From Vermamoeba vermiformis (Eukaryota): DNA of 64,000 bases. Below are positions 1-11,289 of the stretch, piece after piece. A program made the translations under genes and the position numbers. The stretch is taken from the NCBI GenBank assembly GCA_045837725.1, contig JBEWZL010000239.1, positions 372,001 through 436,000 of the forward strand, in the 5' to 3' direction. Position 1 is the stretch's first letter, and the number at the start of each line of letters is the position of its first letter. Below the pieces are notes generated by a model, which saw only the letters and a list, made by a program, of their open reading frames with translations, ran no database searches and had not been told where the DNA came from.

Positions 1-607
1 ATTTGAAGAATTTCGGAAAGTTCAATCTGGGAGGAATGGGACCTTTAAATAATTCTTTAAATGATCACTTACCATTGGGAAATAATATAGGTGCGATTTT
101 ATGGCCTGAAGTTAATTTTACGCCTTGTTGAACCAAGTCTTTCCATATCTCCTCGACAATTTGCTCATCGAACTTTGCGGCGAGCTTCTTAGCCTCGCCT
201 TCTTGGCTGCGCACCTGTTCGTGTGATAAAGGCACGGGTTCTTTGGGCCATTGGAACGAGAGTTGATATTTGTTGATCTTCTCCTCTTTGCCTTGCTGAT
301 TTACGATCGCCCAGTGTCTGCGACCCATTGGACGTTGAATAATGCCAACATATCGTCTTCCATAAACGATATACTCGATGGGCGTGTCTTTATCTTCATA
401 AGTGAATGACTCCGGATCTATGGCTACCTTGCCAACAAAATCCAGGTCTCTCACCGTGCAGAAAATTCGCAAAAATTTAGAAGCGGCCTTTTTCGGTGTT
501 TTGAGTTGAGTGGGCAATATGCTGATATTATTGTTTATGAATATCAAATTATTTCCATTATTTTTCAAGATCCTTCTCGATGCTGCTCTGCACAACTGTC
601 GTATCAT
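1..607 (-). CDS. 5' part of a probable organellar RNase II/RNB-family exoribonuclease (runs off the window edge)
   Basis: Arg-rich N-terminus lacking acidic residues (MIRQLCRAASRRILK) resembles a targeting peptide. The segment GIIQRPMGRRHWAIVNQQGKEEKINKYQLSF...IVEEIWKDLVQQG resembles, from memory, the N-terminal region of plant RNR1/cyanobacterial RNase II. GT donor at 72. The catalytic domain is not in the window. Confidence 0.55.
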
Positions 608-787
608 TTCATTTCAGTTTAAAAGTAGATAAATAAATATATATATACAAAAACTTCGCTAGTTCGTCCTGCTCTGGTTTACAAAATGAGCTGAACAAAA
701 AATAACGGTCGCTTCGATCCATTTTCATTAGCGCTTGTAAATAGACAACACGTCCGAGGACGTTCTTTATATTATATATTATTATAC

Positions 788-3700
788 ATGGGTAGTACCT
801 TATCTACTCAGTCTGTACAATTAGAATCGTGTTTACACGATCTGCCTGGTATAACTTACGAGGCCAGCTTGGGCAAGAGCAGATTCTTAAAGACACTTCG
901 ATGTATTCACGATGAAGGAACAGTGCTAGTAAAAGTCTATATTAAACCAAGCTCAGGAGGGACATTGGAAAAGTATGCCGAGAAGTTGAAAGGTAGAGAA
1001 TCAATTTATTTTGAAAATAATTAAAATTAATAATTGATTGATCATGAACGTAATTAACCTTAATTTTCTATTGAATATTAGAAATCAGAAATGCTGTTTC
1101 GATTTTTCATCACCCCAATATCCTCCCGTTCCAAATTTTTATGGAGACAGAAAAAGCAGGATTTATGATCCGTCAATACTTTTACAACAATTTGCACGAC
1201 AGAATAAGGTAAAATAATATTCGATAAATTAAATATTCAAATACTAAAATTGACCTTCTAGTACTCGACCATTTCTGACGCCTATTGAGAAAAAATGGAT
1301 CACCTATCAACTTTTATCAGCAGTAGAGCGACTTCATTTTTATGGCCAATGCCACGGTGATATCAAATTAGAAAATTTCTTGCTTACGAGTTGGAATTGG
1401 GTCTATTTATCTGATTTTGCTTGTTGCAAACCAACCTACATTCCAGAGGTAATTTATCGACTATATAATTAGCATAATAATGAGAACGTCTATTAAGTTT
1501 TGATTATTTAGGATAACCCTGTCGATTTTTCGTATTTTTTCGATTCCAGTGGTCGACGTGTTTGCTACATAGCTCCTGAACGGTTCATTGCTTCAGGCAA
1601 GAAACCCAACACCGAGCAACAAGAACTCGATCCTTTAATGGACGTCTTTAGTGTCGGGTACGTATACAATCGATTCTTATATAAGTAATTGAATTCTCAT
1701 TCGTTGAATAGCTGTGCCATTGCTGAGTTTTGGTTGGACGGCGTGCCAGTGTTCAATTATTCAGAGGCCGTTAGTTTCCGTAAAAAAGAGTACGATCCCT
1801 CACAGAAGATCAATCGTATCGAGGACTTGAACGTGCGAAATCTCGTTATGTCGATGATCCAATATGACAGAGACCAACGTGCCATTTGCTCTCAAGTGAT
1901 CAAAGACTGGTACGTGGAACAATTGCCTAGCCACGCATTTGGATTTATTTTTTAATATTTTGGGTTATGTAGGACCGGCAAGCTGTTCCCAGAGTACTTC
2001 GAATATTTGCACGAGTATATATCCATGTTGATGGATTTAGATCCTGATGACATTGTCATGAAGATTTATCACGACTTTGATATATTGTTGGAAAAGTTCA
2101 ATCCAAGCTTAGCTGCACGACAAAAACGAGCGCAAATTCGAAAATCCGATATTTGTAAGCTAGCTTACTATCACTTATCAACTTTCATATGAACTAATGT
2201 GCGTTGTAGTTAAAAGTGCACGCATGGAAGATGAAGCGACTGATGACGAACGATCAAGCAGCGAGAGCAAGAATCCCACGTTGAATTTGCTTGTCGACAC
2301 TCAAAAATTCAAACATGATTTGGAAATTGAGACTAAAGAAGGTGATCTTGATGATGACACGAACCCTGAAGAGGAAATCGAACTTGAACCTCCTCAAATT
2401 AGTAAGTTAATGCAACACCATTATTTGACAATTTAAATTAATTTGTTCGTAGTTGCTGATAACAAAGGAATTCCTTCCTCAACTGAGCTCCAACGTGCCA
2501 TTAAGTTCCACAAGAAGAGATTATTGGCTGCACGAAAGGCTGGAGTCAAAGAAATGCCTGCAATTAGGAACTACGCCAAAGAATACTTGCAAGCTAACAA
2601 CCTTACCACGACGTATTTCGCCGGTGAATTGAGCTGCACGGAGGAAAGCTTGACTGACTTCTTGAACGGCAATGTTGACAGCAATCAAGCTGCTCGCCGC
2701 GTTGTTGATTGGTTGTTAAAACGATCCAACTTGGACTCAGCAGTGCGACAAAGCCTTCAATTGTTGTACAAACAAATCGACGAGGTTGGTGTTCAGATCC
2801 AGTCGTACGAAAGCATGGGCATTGCGTTCCACGGATTAGGCTATTTGGACAAGGCTTACAAGTGCTTCGAGCGCGCGTTCAAACTTGCTAAAGAACACGA
2901 TGACAAGAGCAGCCAAGCTAAATTGCTGTGCTTCGTCGGCGAGGTTCTGATCGAGCAGAAAGACACTGAGCGTGCCATCAGATACTTTCAGAAGAGCGAA
3001 GCACGTGCTCAAGAGCTAGCTGATAAAGAGACTCAAGCCTTGGCCCTGGAGAACCTTGAAAAGTACGCATAGGTTCTAATATACTCACGGTACTAATTTT
3101 GTGTAGTGCTTTCAAGAATCTTGGAGACATTGAACGAGCAATAAAGTATCAAAGAGAGTCAGCTGAGCTGTTGAAGGAGCTCGGCGAGTTCAGCGGAATT
3201 AAGAAGCGTCAAGAGCTTCGACAACAGCAATTATTGCGCCGAACAGAGCAGTTGATTCAAAGCGAGGATGTGCACGCAGATGTAAGTAGGATAGCATATT
3301 TGAGTATGCAATATCTTACCTCGTTCTTCTGCTAGGGTTTTGTTATCATCTTGGATCTTTTGTGCTCAATGTTACGATCAGTGCGCAGCAGACAATCACG
3401 TTTGATTTGCGTGTCAGCCATTGAAAAGCTTGCCAACTATGTCGACGATGAAGTTCGTCTGCAACGGTTGGTGCCGTACTTGGTATCTTTGTTGACCCCT
3501 GGCGACCCATCTGCTCTTGTGAAAGCTCAAACCATCAAGACTTTGACTCGAATCGTAAGTACTCCAATGGTTTGGCGTGACGTACTAACATCAGCTCCCA
3601 GTTGTCTCTTATCAAAACTTTCCCGGCAAGTGACGCTCACATCTTCCCCGAGTACCTCATTCCTGCGTTGTCTCGATACGTCAGCGAGGAACCTGATGAC

Positions 3701-6700
3701 TTGGTGAAACAAGCCTACGCTGAGTCATTACCCAAGCTCGCGTACACGGCACGACGATTTTTGGAAACTTCTCAATTGTTGAAGCAACGGCAATTGAAAG
3801 ATTCAGCTGCGATTGAAAGCAAAGAATTGGCACAGGTATGTTCGTGAATGTCATTGCCGTGACACGTGTTAACACATTGTGTAGAGCAATTTTCAGAAGG
3901 AACTTGACGAGATTATCAATACGTTCAAAGAGTTCGTCGAAGTCATGCTCAGCTCTGACTCACCTAAAGTGGTCAAGAAAGCACTGCTCTCGGACATTTC
4001 AACGCTGTGCATGTTCTTCGGGCAAGAGAAGACGACCGACATTTTGCTGCCGTTAATTACATCGTGCTTGGACGCTCGTGATTGGGAGTTGAAGGGTATC
4101 TTCTTCGAGAATATCGTTGGTGTCAGCACGGTCGCTGGTGCTGGTGCTATCGAGTCCTTTATCTTGCCTTCCTTATTGCTGCCTGAAATTTACGGTAAGA
4201 AGCTCTCGTTAAACTTGACACGAGAGCACAACTAACGTGGGGATTTTTTTAAAGACGGCGAAGAGTTTGTCGTGGAGAAGGCACTCAACTGTTTGGCGTC
4301 GTTGTGTGACTTGGGAATTTTCCGCAAGAGCAAGTTGTTGGAGATTTGCAAGACTACAGCGCCGTTATTGTTACACCCGAACACATGGATCCGATTTGGT
4401 GCTGTAGCTTTGATGAGCAGCATTGGCAACAAGCTTTCACTGGCTGATGTGCATTGCTTCTTGATCCCATCGTTGAGACCTTTCATGGTCCGTGACATTG
4501 TTGATGTCTCCAAGACTGGCTTGCTCGAGTCACTGAAGTCACCGGTATGTTTGTGCTTATCATCGGATATAGCTGCGAGTTAACACATTGCTTTGTAGGT
4601 CGGTCGAAAGAGCTTCGAGAAGGCATTGATGACTTCATACTCGGACATCAACGCGTTTGTGAACGAGTCTGACATGTTCGCCGTTGAACAGCAGGGCAAC
4701 CTATTGACTGTGAAGAAACCAGATACTGGGTACGTTAAAGCTTATTGTAAGTGATTGTCACGGACTAATTGTGAGCCACAGCGAGATCTTCAAGTCAATG
4801 GAGATTACTCGAGTTAACATCGGCAAACAACGGCAAGAGGAAGCTGAGTCAGAGCGCAATAAGATCACCGACATCGCGTTCTCTTTGCGTATTGCTGAGC
4901 TCGACGTGCCTCTTGAAGACGAAGAGAAACTGTTCTTAATGAAAGAATACGTCAAGCTGGCTTCAAAGAACTACAGGTATTGGCTCTCGTTTGTGTGCTG
5001 GCTAGTCTTGCTAACTTGCTTCTTAGACGCCATCGAAGCGAGGATTCGAACATCAACAAAGACATCACTGAGTTTATCAAGGAGAATGTTCTCATCCACT
5101 CAGTTTCTATCAACAAGAAAGAAAGTGGCGAGCACGATACACCTACTGAGGATAGAGCTCAGACGGGTAGACCACGTAGCACGAGCACGCTTGAAAATGA
5201 CAAGCTGCTTGAGCGCAAGAACACGTTGAAGATGATCTCGAAGCGCAAGTTGATTGCCTCTGATTCACCTATGAACAGCCAGTTGCCTCAATCCCCGAGC
5301 ACTCCAGTGATTGCACAGCCAGCTGCTGTCACACCAAGTGTAGCCGCAGTGTTGCTGCCTCCTCCGCCACCAGATCTTGGCACACTGATCACACGTGCCA
5401 TTCCTATGAATGGTTCTACCTTCAAGGGATGGAGACCACAAGGTGTGTTAGTAGCACACTTGCACGAGCACAAGGGACCCGTGAATAGTTTGGCTACAAG
5501 TGCGGACAACATGTTCTTTGTCAGCGGTTCTGATGACGGCAATGTGAAGATTTGGGACTGTCAACGATTGGAAAAGAACGTAGCGAACAAGTCACGATTG
5601 ACTTACACGGCACAAGGTACGTATTGACTGCACGTCTTTTTAAATCAATAGCTAACGTGTGCACATTAAAGGTGGTAAAATCAAGACGGTGTGCGTGTGT
5701 GAAAACTCGCACAGTGTGGCTAGTGGCAGTTCGAACAGCTCCATTCACGTGTTCCGCATCGAATCAGCGTTGAAGAAGGACAAGACTAACAACAGCATCT
5801 ACGAGTACAAGAGCACGTCAACTGTCAAGACGATTGATAAGAGCGAGGGAGGTGTTGTGAAGGTCGATCACTTCGATACCGAATCGCAGTCTGTGCTGGT
5901 CTATGTTACCGACAAAGGCAAAATTCACGGCTGGGACTTGCGATCCAAGACTGAGGCCTGGACTATGGAGAACAAGGTAAGACACTCAAATGACTTATTA
6001 GTGCACGTGCTAATGATTTGTCAAGCCTCACTTGGGTCTTGTCACGGACATGCTAGTCGATCCTCAAAAGATGTGGGTTGTCGTTGGCACGAACAGAGGT
6101 ATCTTGACACAATGGGACATTCGATTCCAAATCCCATTGCAGAGCTGGAAGATTCCAAGCTACGGCGAGTAAGTCACCAACAAGCTAGTTCATCACGTGC
6201 AATTGCTTACCATTTACAGGCCTATGGTTGCTAAGTTAGGCCTCTACAAGGACAACTCGATCATTATCTGCTCGGGCGTTGAGAGTACAAAGCCTTCCCC
6301 GAGCTTGCCAGGCACACCTGTGAAGCGGTTGAGCGTTCAAAGAATGTCAACTCCTGGCAACTCGCCTCGCGGTCTAAAATCACCTCCATCGTCAACCAAG
6401 AAGTTGATTAGCAAGGTCTTGAACCAGTCTATTGACAGCCAAGATGCCGACGATTTGGATTCGTTCAGTGAATTCGAACAGCCTGACGCACCCACGACAC
6501 CTGTCACACCCGACATGATGATCTACAACTTGATGGAGTCCAAATACAGCCACATCTTCCGAGTGGTTGAAGGGTGAGTCCTGTAATATAATCACGTACT
6601 AGTATTGCATACTAACGAGTGCTATGTAGCGATGTTGCACCTCCTTTGCCACCACTCACTAATACGAACATCACCGCGGACTCAATCGTGGCACGTGATT

Positions 6701-7140
6701 GGGGCATTGGTGGCCTATGTCCTCCAGGTCCTGAAGGCCCAGTGACACGTTCTACTCAGTGCCCACGTGTGCGATGTGTCGTGGCGCCTACTAACGGTCA
6801 AGCACTTGTCACTGGTGGCTCGGACTTGCGACTTCGAGCGTGGCCAACACCACTCGAGAACTGGAGTGGTAACCAAGCCAAGCAATCAAACCCTGTTGAC
6901 GGACCATCGAATTGGTTCCCTCAGTACCGCGGCAAGGTCGAACATGGTATCACAATCATAGACGAGTTCGAAGATCGATTGAGCGATAAAATGAACACAA
7001 GGAAAAACGACGGTGATTCGACGTTGGATCCGACACCAGTACACCACAAAGACACAATATTGGATTTGAAAGTGCTAGAGTGGCCTCAGAAGATGTTGGT
7101 TAGCGGGGCACGTGATGGTGTTATAAAAGTGTGGAAATAA
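788..7140 (+). CDS. VPS15: VPS15/PIK3R4, regulatory subunit of class III PI3K (multi-exon), with an extra HTH+TPR insertion
   Basis: MGSTLS myristoylation start. Kinase region has [23 protein letters not shown] and [21 protein letters not shown] region has [20 protein letters not shown] and [10 protein letters not shown]-terminal WD40 region runs from [14 protein letters not shown] to [12 protein letters not shown]. Junctions spot-checked in frame. Confidence 0.95.
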
Positions 7141-7233
7141 CAGAGGAGTTTGTAAATAAAGTCTGCTAATTGCAAATTAAATTATAAGTCCATTTACTGA
7201 TTGTAAGTTCTACCCCTCGCGCAGGGTTTCTTT

Positions 7234-8394
7234 TTAAACAATGCAAAAGGTGATCACATCCTTTGGTGTTAATTGAACCACATCGTACTCGTCTTCAATG
7301 CTCACTTCAGCTGTCTTCAGACTTGCAATACTGTCGACGGAAATATTCCAAGCCGCTGCAATGTGCTTCACTAGCACGTGCCACGGCCCTGTCAGATCAT
7401 TTTTATCGAACACAACTTTGACTACCTTGACAGTTTTGTCATTAAGGCAACAAAATTTATGCACACGTGACTTGAGCGAGAGATCGAGGGTCATATAAAC
7501 AGTGTGGCCGAGGTTCTTCAAGTCGTGTTCGCCGTTGTACCCCACTTTCCAGCCATTTTCACAAAGCGCAATCCTCGCAGGAGAGTTATACACAAGCTTA
7601 ACATAATAAGACCGTGGGGGCATGGCTGCAGTTGATTGCCATTGGACAGTTCGAAATGACTCGACCGATTTATCTGTCGCTGAAGTGATGCTGAAGGTGC
7701 CATCGAAGAGAATTTCGTTATCATTATAAAAAAAAATATTCCTGTCTTCACAAATGATCTAGATTATACAATATTTAATATAAGACTTGACGAAGTAACG
7801 GGTTTTTCATACCTTGACGAATTCTTTGATCGGTTTCAGATCAGCATCCAAATTCTTCTTGTTGCCTTTATTGACCAACGGAATATCAATAACAATATTT
7901 CGACCCGAGTAATGGTACTTGAGTTGAATGAATTGACTTTCGTGTCCCTGTCCTCGAAGTTTCAAAACTAATTGCAGAGTGGATTCTGATTTGGAATTTG
8001 GTCAGTCGATCTGCTGCGCTGAAGCCGTACCTCTTTGTATATTATAATCGTCCAACGTTCTTTGGTCTTCAAGTTGCCTGCCCGCCCAGATAAGGCGTTG
8101 TTGGTCTACCGGTATGCCTTCTTTATCGTAGATCTGCAGTAAATTATTCGTAAATCGTTTCATTTGTACTGTCCTTTATATTATGACAATACCTTCATTT
8201 TAACGCGTATAATGGTGTCATCCGGTTCTACTTCAAGATTAAAAACCTTTGCTGTGAGAGTCTGCCGAAATTGTCGTATTAATTATAAAATTAATTTACT
8301 TATTATAAAAAGTGGTGGTATTACGCGAACGAATATCTGCTGTAGTAAATAAGAGTTAGTAATTGACAAGTTGTGCGAGACCGAAATTTACCAT
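7234..8394 (-). CDS. Ubiquitin-like domain + unnamed conserved domain + beta-grasp-like C-terminal domain (family copy 1, no kinase)
   Basis: Exons: ATG (8392-8394), QIFVR (8325-8339), [76 protein letters not shown]...EFVK (7813-7985), and 7234-7758. All introns are GT-AG and in frame. Confidence 0.88.
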
Positions 8395-8735
8395 GGCAAC
8401 AACTTGAACTTCAAATTGCCTCTGTGGCGATTCTATGGAAAATAAAATGCGTAAGTGAAGTTGGCCCGACAAAAAGCACAAAGGGGCCAGAGCTTGAATT
8501 TCCAGGAAGTAGTCGTAGGTCTAAGCAATTCTTTTTGTTGTGATCTTACCAGCGATCCGAAACGGAACGTGATACGTGATGAAGCGTAGCTTATTTACAT
8601 GTGTTATTAGTTTGTGACCTGTGCAAGTTGGTCCTGGATAGAGTTTCGGTCACGTGATTTTTGAGCTCGGATCCTGAGTGCCAACTATGTAGTGTTGAAA
8701 CCGATCTTAGGGCCGTCCTAACGATAATGCACTTA

Positions 8736-10898
8736 TTAAGAGCCCTGAGTTGAATCTGGCTCATCAGACGAATCATCTTCGAACTTGAACACAATGGTGT
8801 ATTGCTTGCTCAGCTTGTCCAGCATGTGCTTCAACTCGGCAATGCACTCGTCAATGCTCGGTCGTTGTGACGGCTCTGTCTTGCAGCACTTGACGATCAG
8901 TTTCTGAAGTGGTTTGTCCGTCACTGCTGACTTGATCTTCATTGACCGAGCAGTCTGAAAGAATATCATCGGCAGTGGTGTCATTGTGACCATTTGATAT
9001 AATACAGCACCGAACCTAAGATTGATGTGTAAGTCAGATTTCGGATCTGATCTGACACGTGTCAAAGCTTGACTTACGAATACACATCTGACTTCTCATC
9101 GTATGGTAGCCCTTGCACTAGCTCAGGTGCCATGAAGCCAATGGTGTCCAGATCGACCTTTGCTTTGGAACTCCTCGTCAAGAATCTTGGTGTGCTGAAG
9201 TCTGTCAGCTTGGCACGTACCTTGTTGTTGTAGAGCTTTGGTGAAAATGTCAGTTTTTACAGTCCATCGTGCCGAGTGATTATAACAGTATTGCATACGT
9301 ACCAAAACGTTCGAGCACTTGAGATTACGATGGATTATGTGGTGCGAGTGAAGGAACTTCAAACCTTTGACAACATCTAGTGCTATTCTGACAATGCGTG
9401 CTTTGCTTAGCTCTACTTTGTCACGCATCAGGAGGTCCTCTAGCGATCCGTTCTTGATGTATTCCATCACTAACATTGACTCGTCCGAGTTCGGATCCGT
9501 CGTGACACGTGTCAACGATGCAATGTGCTTGTACCGTAAGTGTCTATACTAGCAGTGAGTATGAAGTATGTATAGGGGTAAGCGAGTATTATATCATTTA
9601 CCTCAAGTTCTTGAGCTCTGAAATAATGTCATTGACCTTAACGTCCACGTACTTGAACCTCTTCACAGCGACCTTTTCGTCATTCCATTCAGCCAAGTAA
9701 GTGATGCCCGAGCTTCCTTTGCCAATCTCGTCAATGATCTTGATGTCTTCAAATGGTACAAGATACGAGTCTATTGATATTGTAAGTTGTAGCTCCTAAA
9801 GTGGGTTCAAAACTTACTCTGATCGAACAGTCGAAACGTGACAAGATCGTTTGGTTTGAGTTGCATCACGTCAAACTTATCTTCTATAATGACCTCTCCT
9901 GTCATAATCAATTCGATATCGCTAACGGCGATGCCCCAAGTAGCCGCGATGTTTCTTTGGAGCTCGTGCATCAGGTCCTCTTCGTACAGACTCAGCACAA
10001 CTGACCGTGTCACATTGTCACTCAGACAACAGACGCGTTGAACACGTGACTTCAATGAGAGATCTAGCTCGAATGGCTGTATTGAGAAGTGTCTGAAAGC
10101 GTCGGCTAGTGAGTGCTCGCCGTTGTATCCTATCTTCCAACCACTCCAGAACAAATTGGGATTTTTTTCGATGACAAATCCAAACTTTCCGTGGCGCAAC
10201 GGTACATCGGCATACCATCGGACCCCGCGTATTGGTTCGTTATTAGGACCCTTGGTATTGATCAAAGTGAATGTTCCTGGCACTTGAAACTAATGACAGG
10301 TGTCAATCCAGATCCGAAAAAATAAAAATCATACCTTGACGCAGGCTTTAATCGCATCCAAATCAGCTTCTAGATTCTTTGCGTTGGTAAGATTGGACAG
10401 TGGAATATCAATGAAGGCATTGCGGCCTGGTCCGTGAAAACGTAATTGCATAAATTGAAATTCGTGGCCCTGTCCACGAAGTCTCAGAACCAAATGAATG
10501 ATAGAGCCTAAGATATATGAGTGCGTTGTTCGTTTAATGAGCGTCCTCCTTACCTTCTTTTATTTCATACGAAGCTAAAAGTCGTCCGTCCTCAAGCTGT
10601 CTGCCTTCGAAAATCAATCGCTGCTGGTCCTTAACAATGCCATTTACTTCTTTAATCTATTAATTAATATTAAATAATTGCATGGCTATGAAAGCACTTG
10701 TACCTTTTTTTTGAGCATTTGGACAGTGTTATACGGATGTACTTGGAGCGTTCGTTTAATGCCGGTCATTTCCTTAAGGACATTAGCCTCTATAGTTGGT
10801 TATGATCGTATGCTCCTTACATGAATACAAATCTAAATAATGCAGGTTAAAATTCAAATCAAGCAGGATCTCTCGTAAATAAGATTTCGTACCTCCAT
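8736..10898 (-). CDS. Ubiquitin-like + unnamed domain + beta-grasp-like + TKL-type pseudokinase (family copy 2)
   Basis: Spliced N-terminus [77 protein letters not shown]. Shared core motifs IDIPL, GYNGE and DLSLKSRV. Kinase has [25 protein letters not shown] and SDVYSFG. Confidence 0.88.
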
Positions 10899-11289
10899 AC
10901 TGCTTAAATCTACTTCCGTGTATGTTATCGTTGCGTATTCTGGTATTAAATCGAAGGTTGTGTGATCTGACAACACATTTTCTTTGTACACCAAGGAAGG
11001 CGCTAAATGCAACAGTTAAGCTTATAACATAATTCTCGTAATTTTTAAAATTATTTTATTAAATTATTACCTTCGATTAAAGTGCATCCAGTGCCAAAGA
11101 AATTTTGTTTTGCTTGAAGAACGGTTGTTGTTGGTGTGACCGTTATAGGCGAGAACCAAGAGCCTTTTGCGATGTAAATTGTTTTTTCCATGCCGTCGTG
11201 TTGCTCCTGTTACGTCAAACTGTACAAGAGATCCGGTTTCATTTTTTGCAACTTCCCTCACCCATGTAATAAACGTCCGTTTGCTTTTA

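Noticed and set aside
7948-8394. Conventional ubiquitin, polyubiquitin or Ub-ribosomal fusion gene
   Set aside because: No GG cleavage site, 19 substitutions, and the downstream domain is not eL40 or eS31.
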